Assembly: GCA_023475565.1 (NCBI GenBank)
Contig: JAMCVT010000104.1
Location: forward strand, 11,486-75,485
Reading direction: 5' to 3'
DNA length: 64,000 nt
Source of the DNA: Actinomycetota bacterium
GTDB taxonomy: Bacteria; Bacillota; Desulfotomaculia; Desulfotomaculales; Desulfocucumaceae
This document shows positions 10,717-19,508 of the stretch, in pieces. The notes under the pieces are model-generated. The model worked only from the letters and a program-made list of their open reading frames with translations, did not search any database and had not been told where the DNA came from. A program made the translations under genes and the position numbers. Within the stretch, counting starts at the first letter, position 1. Every line of letters begins with the position of its first letter.

Positions 10717-12753
10717 ATGTTTGAAGAAGAATTTGAAAAACTGGCACGCACCCAGATAAAAGAGGACAGCACAATTTTCGCGCTGGATATAGGAACCCGG
10801 ACGGTAATTGGCAATGTGGCGGCCGTTTCCGGCGCCAGTCTCAGGATTGTGGCCCAGAGCATCACCGAGCACGAGAGCAGGGCTGTTTTTGACGGCCAGA
10901 TACATGACATATTCAAGGTTGCCCAGGCGGTAAAAAGAGTCAAGGAGGACCTGGAGGCCAAGCTGGGCTTCAAGCTGAAAAAAGTGGCCATTGCCGCCGC
11001 CGGAAGATCTCTCAAAACCCGCTTTGCCCACATTGAGCAGGAAATTGGCGAGGATATAGAGATTGACCACTTGATCTGCCGGGGGCTGGAAATGGACGCC
11101 GTGAAGGAAGCCCACAGGCAGCTCAGGGAGGAAACAGGGGAGGTCCGGGAGGAAGAGTTTTACTGTGTGGGCTATACGGTGGTGAGCTATTACCTCAACA
11201 GCTATTCCATCACCAGCCTGGCGGGCCATTACGGCAGGAATGTAGGGGTTGACGTGCTGGCCACCTTCCTTCCCAATTCCGTGGTCAACAGCCTTTATTC
11301 CGTGCTCAGCAGGGTAAACCTGGAGCCCATCAGCCTCACCCTGGAGCCCATAGCTGCAGCCAGCGCCATTATTCCCGACAATTACAGGCTGTTAAACCTG
11401 GCGCTGCTGGATATAGGCGCGGGAACCTCCGATATCGCCATTACCAGGGACGGGGCCATAGTGGCCTATGGAATGGTGCCCCTGGCCGGTGATGAGATTA
11501 CCGAGGCGCTGGCCCAGGACTTCCTGGCCGACTTCAACACCGCCGAGTATATAAAGAGGCGGCTGGCCGGGGGAGAGGATATAACCTTCCATGATATTAT
11601 GGGCATAGAGAGGAAGATTACCTGCCCGGAAGCTCTGGAGGTGCTGGCGCCCTCCCTGGATAGCCTTGCTGCCAGGATTACTGAGGAGATTTTAAGGCTT
11701 AACGGCAATAAATCGCCAAAATCCATATTCTGTGTGGGAGGCGGGGGACAGGTCCCCACCTTTACCGGGAGGGTGGCCGAAAAACTGGGCCTTTCCCCGG
11801 ACAGGGTAGGCTTAAGGGGAAGAAAATCCATACCGGGCCTGCTGGTGGAAGAAGAGGCCATAAGCGGTCCCGAAGGGGTAACCGTGGTGGGTATTGCCAG
11901 GGTGGCCCTGGACAGTGTGGGCCACAACTTTATCACCATCAACATAAACGATAAGGACTACAGGCTTTTCCACTCCAGGGAGCTAACTGTGTTTGACGCC
12001 CTGGGGCTGGCCGATTATAATCTGGGCGACTTGGTGGGCAAAAATGGGAAAGACCTGCGCTTTGTGCTCAACGGGGAAAGAAAGGTTATTTACGGGGGCC
12101 TGTGCAAGCCTGCCGAAGTTTATATAAACGGCGAGACGGCCAACCTTAAAAGCGGGCTTAAAGAGGACGACAGAATTACCATTGTAAAGGCCGTCAGGGG
12201 AGAGGATGCCTCGGCATCCCCGGGTGACTTTACCGGACAGTACAGATCCCTTTCGGTCCAGGTAAACGGCAGTGACGAAGTGGCCGATCCCCAGTGTTTT
12301 ATTAACGGGAAAAAAGTTTCTCCGGACCGGAGCATTGCTGATGGTGACCGGGTGGAGATAAGGGAAGTTGAGGATGCTGCCGGGCTGGCTGAATATATGG
12401 GCTACAGCCCGGATTATTACGGGGTTTTTGTGGAAGATAAGGAAGTTTCCGCAGACAGCAGGCTGTCCGGTGGGGACAAATTGGAATTCCGGCTGAAGGA
12501 ACAGACTGTGCCCGGGGCCGGCGCGCCCGTCTCCCCCGCTGCGGGCAAAAGTATCGAGGTAACCGTAAATGATGAAAAAATAGTGCTGTCCGGGAAAATT
12601 TCTTATATTTTCGTTGATATTTTTTCTGTGGTAAACCTTGACCTATCCGAGATATCATCGGGCAGCAAGATAAAACTGGTTCATAACGGGCAGAGCGCCG
12701 GATACACCGACCCCATCGAAGAGGGGGACGTAATAGAGGTGGGATGGGAATAG
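10717..12753 (+). CDS. actin-fold (FtsA/PilM/EutJ-like) ATPase fused to C-terminal beta-grasp (ThiS/MoaD-like) repeats
   Basis: The ORF opens at 10696; ATG 10717 is the likely start. Phosphate-1 is ALDIGTRTVIG, phosphate-2 is LLDIGAGTSDIAI, and the adenosine motif is CVGGGGQVP. The C-terminal ~280 aa carries 4-5 repeats of the pattern xNG...GDxIEI. Confidence 0.8.
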   Translation: MFEEEFEKLARTQIKEDSTIFALDIGTRTVIGNVAAVSGASLRIVAQSITEHESRAVFDGQIHDIFKVAQAVKRVKEDLEAKLGFKLKKVAIAAAGRSLKTRFAHIEQEIGEDIEIDHLICRGLEMDAVKEAHRQLREETGEVREEEFYCVGYTVVSYYLNSYSITSLAGHYGRNVGVDVLATFLPNSVVNSLYSVLSRVNLEPISLTLEPIAAASAIIPDNYRLLNLALLDIGAGTSDIAITRDGAIVAYGMVPLAGDEITEALAQDFLADFNTAEYIKRRLAGGEDITFHDIMGIERKITCPEALEVLAPSLDSLAARITEEILRLNGNKSPKSIFCVGGGGQVPTFTGRVAEKLGLSPDRVGLRGRKSIPGLLVEEEAISGPEGVTVVGIARVALDSVGHNFITININDKDYRLFHSRELTVFDALGLADYNLGDLVGKNGKDLRFVLNGERKVIYGGLCKPAEVYINGETANLKSGLKEDDRITIVKAVRGEDASASPGDFTGQYRSLSVQVNGSDEVADPQCFINGKKVSPDRSIADGDRVEIREVEDAAGLAEYMGYSPDYYGVFVEDKEVSADSRLSGGDKLEFRLKEQTVPGAGAPVSPAAGKSIEVTVNDEKIVLSGKISYIFVDIFSVVNLDLSEISSGSKIKLVHNGQSAGYTDPIEEGDVIEVGWE

Positions 12754-12774
12754 GCGGCTAATGGGCATTTCTTT

Positions 12775-12987
12775 CCGGTCGGAATTCAGAATTCAGAATC
12801 CAGGAGTCAGAATGGCTTGAGCATTACTTATTTGAATAAAACAGACAGGCTTTAACATTATAAATTCGGCTTTCGCCGCCCGTTGGGCGGCGTTTTATGT
12901 GCCGTTCGAAAGACATGGCAATCATTGGGCGAAAAGGAATGCTTTTCTATTCTGAATTCTGACTTCTGAATTCTGTATTCCGACCGG
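12775..12987. repeat. heptad-armed inverted-repeat element, copy E1
   Basis: The left arm CCGGTCGGAATTCAGAATTCAGAATCCAGGAGTCAGAATGG (12775-12815) matches the reverse complement of the right arm (12947-12987) at 35 of 41 positions. The centre holds a terminator and AAAAGGAATGC next to the right arm. Confidence 0.9.
12874..12897 (+). terminator. intrinsic terminator embedded in E1
   Basis: CGCCGCCC-GTT-GGGCGGCG followed by TTTTATGT, downstream of the 10717-12753 gene. Confidence 0.75.
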
Positions 12988-13012
12988 ATTTATTCTCAGT
13001 ATGAGCATAATT

Positions 13013-14050
13013 TTAGAGTAGGAAAAAGCCTATGGATATCAGCAGGTAGGTGGTGAATAGAATAAGACCCTCCAGGTAATCTGTTTCGTTGTCCCGGACC
13101 ATGTTGTTAACCACCACTATGGCCAGTATTATGCTGAGTATCTCCAGGGGACTGAAGAGAAGGTTCATGGGATGTCCGAAGAAGTAGCCCAGGAAAACCA
13201 GCACCGGCGCCACGAAAAGGGCAATCTGCACCGATGATCCCACCGCTATTTCGAGGGCTATGTTCATCTTGTTCTTGAGTGACATCAGCACAGCCGCGCT
13301 GTGCTCGGCGGCGTTGCCCACTATGGGCACCAGTATAAGTCCCACGAACACCTCCGACAGCCCCAGTATTTTGGTGGCCGGGCGCAGCGAGGTGACCAGT
13401 ATCTCGCTCATGGCCACGATGGCCACCACGGACAGTATCATTATGCCCAGGCTCTTGCCCATGCTCCATTCAGACTCGTGGGCCACGTGCTCTATGTGGA
13501 AAAGGTGCCTGTGAGTCTTGAAAGAAAAGATCATGCTGGTTATGTATATTAAAACAAGGCCTACGGCGGTCCACAGACTGAGGGTCTGAAGATGATCGGC
13601 GCTTATATGCCCGGAAAAGGAAAAAATGGCCGGCACCGACAGGGCGGTAACGATCATCAGCAGGAGCGAGGTGTTGAGGTTGGCCACGTTTTCACTGAAG
13701 CAGAGCTTCTTATACTTCAGCCCCCCTATGAAGGCTGAAAGGCCCAGCACCAGAAGTATGTTGCCCAGTATGCTGCCGGCCAGGCTGGCCTTAACCACTG
13801 TTAGCAGCCCCTCTCTCAGGGCCAGTATGGTTATAATCAGCTCGGCCGCATTGCCCAGGGTGGCGTTTATAAGTCCCCCCACCCGGGGTCCGGTGTGCAC
13901 CGCCAGCTCCTCGGTGGCCTTGCCCAGTACTGCGGCCAGGGGGACGATGGCCAGGAGGGTTACCAGAAAAATGGCGGCCTCGTTGGCATGTACTATTTCC
14001 ATGTAAATAGCCAGGGGTACCGCCAACAGCAGAAAATTAAGGTATTTCAT
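13013..14050 (-). CDS. Ca2+/H+ antiporter (CaCA/ChaA-Cax family)
   Basis: Multi-TM protein with the two alpha-repeat signatures LGNAAELIITI and VGNAAEHSAAV. ATG 14050 (MKYLNF) follows GGAGA; the ORF opens at 14062. Confidence 0.85.
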   Translation of the reverse strand: MKYLNFLLLAVPLAIYMEIVHANEAAIFLVTLLAIVPLAAVLGKATEELAVHTGPRVGGLINATLGNAAELIITILALREGLLTVVKASLAGSILGNILLVLGLSAFIGGLKYKKLCFSENVANLNTSLLLMIVTALSVPAIFSFSGHISADHLQTLSLWTAVGLVLIYITSMIFSFKTHRHLFHIEHVAHESEWSMGKSLGIMILSVVAIVAMSEILVTSLRPATKILGLSEVFVGLILVPIVGNAAEHSAAVLMSLKNKMNIALEIAVGSSVQIALFVAPVLVFLGYFFGHPMNLLFSPLEILSIILAIVVVNNMVRDNETDYLEGLILFTTYLLISIGFFLL

Positions 14051-14167
14051 CACTTTCTCCAATCCCGTATGAATTTTTTAAGTTACATTGTTGTGAATTT
14101 ATTATAAGTATTTTTTTATATTTTTTAAACAGGGGGAAATATAAAAAAAGATTGGGGGGTGATGCAG

Positions 14168-15001
14168 ATGCGGCCTCTGTGGAAAGGCGCAGTAAGTTTC
14201 GGACTTATATATGTGCCTGTAAAAATGTACGCGGCCACTGAAAAAAAGGACATAAAATTCAATTATCTGCATGAAAAGTGCAAAACGCCGGTACAGTACC
14301 GCAAATACTGCCCGTATTGTGACACCGAGGTGACCCAGGAGGAGGTGGTGCGGGGCTACGAATATGAAAAGGGCAAGTTTGTGGTCATGAAAGAGGAGGA
14401 TTTTGAACGTCTTCCCGGGGAAAAGACCCGCAGCGTAGAGATACTGGACTTTGTGGATCTGGGTGAAATAGACCCGGTGTTTTACGATAAGGCCTATTAT
14501 CTGGCCCCCGGGGACGGCGGGCAGAAGGTGTACGACCTTCTAAAAAGAGCCATGGGGGAGACCAAAAAGGTGGCGGTGGCCAGGGTGGTCATAAGGAGCA
14601 AAGAGGCTCTGGCCGTTTTAAGGACAGCCGAAAATGCGCTTATGATGAGCACCATGTTCTACCCGGACGAGGTCAGAAACCCGGCCGTGATAGAGGAGCT
14701 GGGATACCGGGTGGAACTTCATGACAACGAGGTAAAAATGGCGGTCAGCCTGGTGGAAAACCTTTCTTCACGCTTTGAGCCGGAAAAATACACCAACCGT
14801 TACCGGGAGGCGCTCATGGAGGCCATTCAAGCCAAGGTCACCGGCCGGGAGGTAGAGGCGCCGGCAGCCCCCGGGGCCGATAACGTGGTGGACCTGATGT
14901 CGGCCCTGAAGGCCAGCATCGACCTGGCCAAAAAGGCCAGGGAAGGGGAAGCTGACACAAAGGAGACGCCGCCCGCCCGCAGGAGGAGGAAGACGGTTTG
15001 A
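14168..15001 (+). CDS. ku: Ku protein (NHEJ DNA-end binding)
   Basis: MRPLWKGAVSFGLIYVPVKMY is a canonical bacterial Ku N-terminus, with a basic C-terminal tail. ATG 14168 follows GGGGGG. Confidence 0.92.
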   Translation: MRPLWKGAVSFGLIYVPVKMYAATEKKDIKFNYLHEKCKTPVQYRKYCPYCDTEVTQEEVVRGYEYEKGKFVVMKEEDFERLPGEKTRSVEILDFVDLGEIDPVFYDKAYYLAPGDGGQKVYDLLKRAMGETKKVAVARVVIRSKEALAVLRTAENALMMSTMFYPDEVRNPAVIEELGYRVELHDNEVKMAVSLVENLSSRFEPEKYTNRYREALMEAIQAKVTGREVEAPAAPGADNVVDLMSALKASIDLAKKAREGEADTKETPPARRRRKTV

Positions 15002-15024
15002 TACTTAGATGAAAAGGCTTCGGG

Positions 15025-15176
15025 GGTCGGAATCCAGAATTAAGAATTCAGAAGCCAGAAGGGGAAAGGCATTCCTTTGCTGACAAAGCAACTTGCTGCT
15101 AATATTATTTTGACTAAAGAATGCAGCATGCAATAAACTTCTGAATTCTGACTTCTGGCTTCTGTATTCCGACCGG
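15025..15176. repeat. heptad-armed inverted-repeat element, copy E2 (centre modules inverted relative to E5)
   Basis: Left arm GGTCGGAATCCAGAATTAAGAATTCAGAAGCCAGAAGG; right arm CTTCTGAATTCTGACTTCTGGCTTCTGTATTCCGACCGG. GGCATTCC sits next to the left arm, and TTATTGCATGC (as reverse complement) next to the right arm. Confidence 0.9.
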
Positions 15177-15193
15177 AAAAACTGTCCCTTAAG

Positions 15194-15649
15194 CTAGAAA
15201 AGGCTGTATATCTCCAGCAGTATGGCGGTAACGGCTGCCGCCATCACCGGGCCGCAGGGGACGCCCCTTAAAAAAACGGTACCCAGTATGGTGCCCACCG
15301 TCATTCCGAAAATTATTTCAGGCATCACCTTCATGAGCTTTAAGCCCTCATTGTTCAGGTGGGTGGCCAGGGCTCCGCCGAAAAGGGCAATGACACCGGG
15401 CACTGTTGAAAAGCTGTATTTCACTTCTTTTATACTGACCTGGCCTTTGGCCAGGGGCAGCAGTATATAGACCATCAGCACCAGCAGCCCGAATTTGAGG
15501 CCTCTTTTTTCCAGCACGGGAAGCACATACTGCTCCATACCGGAAAATTTAACGGCCATCAGTATGCAGCTGGCCATGGCCACCAGGTTGGACTTTCCTA
15601 CTATGGCTATGATGAGAAGAAACAGCAGTACCAGCATAGGCGTGTCCAT
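15194..15649 (-). CDS. UPF0756/DUF441 family membrane protein
   Basis: 151-aa 4-TM protein. MDTPMLVLLFLLIIAIVGKSN... fits the family pattern as I recall it. Confidence 0.75.
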   Translation of the reverse strand: MDTPMLVLLFLLIIAIVGKSNLVAMASCILMAVKFSGMEQYVLPVLEKRGLKFGLLVLMVYILLPLAKGQVSIKEVKYSFSTVPGVIALFGGALATHLNNEGLKLMKVMPEIIFGMTVGTILGTVFLRGVPCGPVMAAAVTAILLEIYSLF

Positions 15650-15762
15650 GTCTGTATCCCACCAGTGATATAGAATGAAAAGCCGGGCCTTTAGCTTTCT
15701 ATACTTTTAATTTATTGGACTGGTATCCACAATATGCCAAACTGGGCCGGGAGGTGCCGCTT

Positions 15763-16722
15763 ATGGCCGGCAGAACGCCAATACCGCTGATCAGGCCGAT
15801 GCTGGCGGTAAAGTCCGATCCCTTCGACAGCAGTGAATATCTTTTCGAGGTTAAGTGGGACGGCTACCGCGCCATGGTTTATTTGGACAGCGGAGTTACT
15901 GAGATACGTTCGCGGAACCTGCTTGATATTACCGGTCTTTTTCCGGAATTGGGCGGTATGCACCTGAATATAAAAGGGCTGCCGGCCCTTCTTGACGGGG
16001 AGTTGGTGGTTTTTTCCGGGGGCAGGCCCTCTTTCCGGGAGCTACAGACCAGGGGAAGGCTTTTGGATGCAGGTAAAATAAAGAGGGCCGCTGAAAAATC
16101 TCCCGCCCGGTTTCTGGCCTTTGACATTTTGTATGTTTCCGGGCGGCCTGTTCTGGAGGAAGCCCTGGAGAGGAGAAAGGATCTGCTGGCCGGAGCGGTA
16201 AAAGTGGATTCTGCTCTGGTGATACCGGAATTCGTCCGGGGGGAGGGCCTGCTGCTGGCCGAGGCCACCCGGCAAAAAGGGCTTGAGGGGATAGTGGCCA
16301 AGGCCCTTAAAAGCCCCTACCTGCCTGGAAAGAGATCCCCATACTGGAAGAAAATAAGGCATACAAAGGAGGCCGACCTGGTTATCTGCGGGTATAGGGC
16401 CGGGAAGGGGGGGAGAAAGCTGGGATCTCTTCTGCTTTGCGCCTTTGAGGGCGGGAAACCTTCCTTTGCCGGGAAGGTGGGGACAGGGTTCGGCAGGGAA
16501 ACCGAAGAAGATCTCATACATAAGCTTGACCCTTTGAAAATAGAAGGGCCCTCCCTTCCGGTACCCCGGGGGGAAGAGGCCGGCGTGGCCTGGGTAAAGC
16601 CGTTATTGGTGTGTGCGGTGCAGTACCTGGAAAGGACCGCGGACGGATACCTTCGCCATCCCTCCTTCAAGGGTCTGAGACCTGACAAGGGGCCTTGGGA
16701 GTGCCCGGTGCCTGAAGACTGA
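15763..16722 (+). CDS. ligD: ATP-dependent DNA ligase (LigD ligase domain, stand-alone)
   Basis: Adenylation motif I is EVKWDGYR, with later motifs EGIVAK and WKKIR. ATG 15763 follows GGGAGG; the ORF opens at TTG 15715. Confidence 0.88.
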   Translation: MAGRTPIPLIRPMLAVKSDPFDSSEYLFEVKWDGYRAMVYLDSGVTEIRSRNLLDITGLFPELGGMHLNIKGLPALLDGELVVFSGGRPSFRELQTRGRLLDAGKIKRAAEKSPARFLAFDILYVSGRPVLEEALERRKDLLAGAVKVDSALVIPEFVRGEGLLLAEATRQKGLEGIVAKALKSPYLPGKRSPYWKKIRHTKEADLVICGYRAGKGGRKLGSLLLCAFEGGKPSFAGKVGTGFGRETEEDLIHKLDPLKIEGPSLPVPRGEEAGVAWVKPLLVCAVQYLERTADGYLRHPSFKGLRPDKGPWECPVPED

Positions 16723-16785
16723 TCCGAAGGCAGCAGCCGTGTCCTATAAAATAGTTAGGCACTCCTGGTTTGCCCTGGACATAGA

Positions 16786-17046
16786 ATGGAAGAAAGGTTT
16801 TTAAATACCTTCAGGTTTGGAAAAGGGGGAAACAGCCTTATGGGCAGCGGGACCAACCCGTATATTTTATTTCTGATACTTATACTGCTTATAATGGGGT
16901 TTGACCAGGACGGAGGCAAAAAGCTGGAAGTGATGAGGAATGTAATGGACAGGATGGCCAGCGCCATGAATAACTTCAAGACCGGCATGAGCTCGCTGGC
17001 AGTGGATTTTGAAGAGATTCATCTTTTGATGAAGGATATCAGGTAG
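16786..17046 (+). CDS. small hypothetical membrane protein
   Basis: 86-aa ORF with one TM helix. The internal ATG 16840 has the better RBS (AAGGGGGA). Confidence 0.4.
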   Translation: MEERFLNTFRFGKGGNSLMGSGTNPYILFLILILLIMGFDQDGGKKLEVMRNVMDRMASAMNNFKTGMSSLAVDFEEIHLLMKDIR

Positions 17047-17147
17047 GTTTTAAAAGTAAAAGCATGATCCTCACACGTTACAGCGTTAATAAAGAAGGAG
17101 TCCCAGGGAACCCGGAACTCCTTCCGTATATCCTGCAGCTTTCAAGG

Positions 17148-18362
17148 TTAGACACCGGCTGCTTTGGACTGGGCCTCCCGGATTTCCCGCCTTTCTTTGG
17201 CGATACCCTGGAACAGCATGTACAGTATGCAGGCGGTGAGGCCGCAGGCGCCTAAAAGCACCACTACACCTCCGATGTTGGTATACAAAATATTCATCTG
17301 GTAGTCCGCCCACCACTCAGGCTTTTTGGCCACCTCCATAATGTAGTGGTGCATCTTCTCCTTACCGCCCGGGGTAATGGACCCTGTTATAATGCTGGCC
17401 TTGTCACCGGTGATTCCGTCGGCCTTCAGCAGCGCCTTGACCGCTTTGTCATAGGACTGGGTGTAGAACCAGGCGACCTGCTTGAGCACTACCGAGCTAA
17501 AGGCGAATAAGCAGGCGATGGCGTACACCAGGCGGATGATGATGCCGTGCACGTACTTGGTGCAGACGGTGCCGAACTGGGCGCCCACGGCTGCGCCGGT
17601 GAGCATTATGCAGGCCGCTATCAGCTCGACCTTGCCCTTGACGCCGTAGGTGAATCCGCCGTAAGCACCGGAGAACATCACCTCGAACAGGTCTGTTCCT
17701 ACGGCTACCTTGGTAGGCAGGCCCAGTATGTAAATCAGGGCGGGCACTCGCAGGAGGCCCCCGCCGATGCCCAGTATGCCGGCCACGAACCCGCAGACGA
17801 TGCCCACGAATACGCAGCTCCAGAGGGAGAGCCTCATCCGGGTGACCTTGCAGTGAAATACAGGAGGAATTTCCTTAAGTGTTTCGTTAATCCATTTGGA
17901 TAATTTGTTGCCCACTATGTCCTTGACTGCCTGGCCGGTTTCTTTTTCAACTTTCCTTGCGCTCAGGTAATCCTTCAGCATTAGATAGAACATGCCGAGC
18001 AGTATGGCCATGTAGATGTAGCGGACCACCGGTCCGGCCAGTCCCTTTTTATTCAACCACATCAGGCACTGGGCGCCAACCTCAACGCCGGAGAAGGTGC
18101 CTATCAGCATAAAGACGGCGATGGCCGCGCTTACGTGCCCGAATTTCCAGTGCCTGAAGCTGGACACTATGGATTTGCCGGCCACGTGGGCCATGTCGGT
18201 GGCCACCGCGTAGACCATGGGAAAACCGAATATGTTCAGGGCGGGAGTAACCAGCCAGGCGCCCCCCAGCCCGAAGTAACCGCCTACCACGCCTACGGAG
18301 AAGCCGATTACCAGTAACGGCCACCAGGCCATTTCAACGCCGCTTAGTGGCATATAAAGCAT
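17148..18362 (-). CDS. TauE/SafE family anion exporter with C-terminal extension
   Basis: Two 4-TM halves carry glycine-rich helices (GGYFGLGGAWL, GILGIGGGLL) typical of TauE/SafE, plus an extra C-terminal soluble segment and TM. Confidence 0.7.
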   Translation of the reverse strand: MLYMPLSGVEMAWWPLLVIGFSVGVVGGYFGLGGAWLVTPALNIFGFPMVYAVATDMAHVAGKSIVSSFRHWKFGHVSAAIAVFMLIGTFSGVEVGAQCLMWLNKKGLAGPVVRYIYMAILLGMFYLMLKDYLSARKVEKETGQAVKDIVGNKLSKWINETLKEIPPVFHCKVTRMRLSLWSCVFVGIVCGFVAGILGIGGGLLRVPALIYILGLPTKVAVGTDLFEVMFSGAYGGFTYGVKGKVELIAACIMLTGAAVGAQFGTVCTKYVHGIIIRLVYAIACLFAFSSVVLKQVAWFYTQSYDKAVKALLKADGITGDKASIITGSITPGGKEKMHHYIMEVAKKPEWWADYQMNILYTNIGGVVVLLGACGLTACILYMLFQGIAKERREIREAQSKAAGV

Positions 18363-18459
18363 AATTTCACCTCCAAATTTATATAGCCATTTTGTTAAGT
18401 GAGTTAATTAAGAATTTTGCATAAGAACTATTTCACAAACCCGGAGAAAAATATTCTCG

Positions 18460-18651
18460 TCACTGCCCGGGTAGTTGATCTTCGAATTCTTTTTTATAGT
18501 TGCCCAAATTTATGCCGGTCAGTCTAATTACTAGGTCCGCTGCCAACGCCAGTATAGTGCCCATGCCCGACATGGTTACTACTACCAATAAGCCGCTCAT
18601 CATTCTGTTCGTCTTGGCCAGCCCGGCCACCCACTCAAAGTATTCGTACAT
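18460..18651 (-). CDS. small membrane protein upstream of the TauE gene
   Basis: The ORF opens at 18669; ATG 18651 follows AAGGGAGGG. One TM helix. Confidence 0.45.
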   Translation of the reverse strand: MYEYFEWVAGLAKTNRMMSGLLVVVTMSGMGTILALAADLVIRLTGINLGNYKKEFEDQLPGQ

Positions 18652-18683
18652 GCTTGACCCTCCCTTCATTTACTAGATGTGGC

Positions 18684-18785
18684 TCATCCCTGGAGGAACT
18701 TTAAAGTTACCAGGAGATAAACCCAGTACCCGACACTTATTGTACAAAAGCATACTGTGAAGACTCGAAATAGGAGTTTACCCAT
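18684..18785 (-). CDS. candidate 33-aa membrane micro-ORF (MGKLLFRVFTVCFCTISVGYWVYLLVTLKFLQG)
   Basis: It is not in the ORF track because it is under 60 aa. GGGAGGTG lies 7 nt upstream of the ATG. It is co-oriented with the two downstream genes. Confidence 0.3.
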   Translation of the reverse strand: MGKLLFRVFTVCFCTISVGYWVYLLVTLKFLQG

Positions 18786-19038
18786 AAAATTTCACCTCCC
18801 TTCACTATTTGATCAGGTTGAGAACTTCTTGCAACAACATGTTAAAATATGTAAATTTTTTATGTGAAATTTTGTACTATTTAGATGCAGAAAAAGGCCG
18901 GTTGCATTCAAATAATTCTCTGAATACACCCGACCTATCGTTTTTCGATTCGGTCAAATTATTTTATTTGGTAAAATTTTAACAAGCTGTTAATTAACTG
19001 TCAAGATTTTTTTCTAATCTGCGGGTTCTGCTGATACA

Positions 19039-19344
19039 CTACATTCCCGGCGGCTTGGGACGCCATATTATGTGCGGTGTTTCCGGGTTCCAGTAGGCGT
19101 CGCAGTCGAGGCAGCAGTATTTACCCAGAGAAGGTATGAAGCAGATGATTATACCTCCAAAGAAAAGGAAAGGAATCAGTATACGGCCCATAGGATATAA
19201 AAAGCCCAGGAAGTAGCATATTAACGATCCTCCGATGGCCATGCCAAGTCCCGCCGCCGTCCTCATTTTTTTTCCCGCTATAGTGTTGGTGGATTTGCAG
19301 TCGGGACAGGGTGGAGTGACTATTTTAAAAAAGGGAGATTTCAT
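19039..19344 (-). CDS. membrane protein with split zinc-ribbon (CPDC ... CLDC)
   Basis: 101-aa ORF with an RBS AGGAGGG, two CxxC pairs and two TM helices. Confidence 0.5.
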   Translation of the reverse strand: MKSPFFKIVTPPCPDCKSTNTIAGKKMRTAAGLGMAIGGSLICYFLGFLYPMGRILIPFLFFGGIIICFIPSLGKYCCLDCDAYWNPETPHIIWRPKPPGM

Positions 19345-19508
19345 GGCAAGCCCTCCTAAACCCGGAAAATGTGAACTAAATCACATGTTGTTGTATTAAA
19401 AATAACAAATGCTGTTCAAAATGTCAACCGCTTTTGTGAAATTTGTTGCATCATGAATGTATAAATGGTCAATATCTCCAGTCAAAATTTCCGGCAGAAA
19501 CGCGGGAG

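Noticed and set aside
12775-12815. Heptad arms as a CRISPR array
   Set aside because: The repeat unit is only 7 nt, the units are contiguous without spacers, the arms occur as inverted pairs, and no cas genes are present.
18914-18955. ATTCTCTGAATACACCCGACCTATCGTTTTTCGATTCGGTC as a relic or back-to-back junction of element termini
   Set aside because: It matches the family only at short strings (CTGAATA, CCGACC, CGGTC). It has no heptad periodicity or centre modules, so chance similarity in AT-rich intergenic DNA cannot be excluded.
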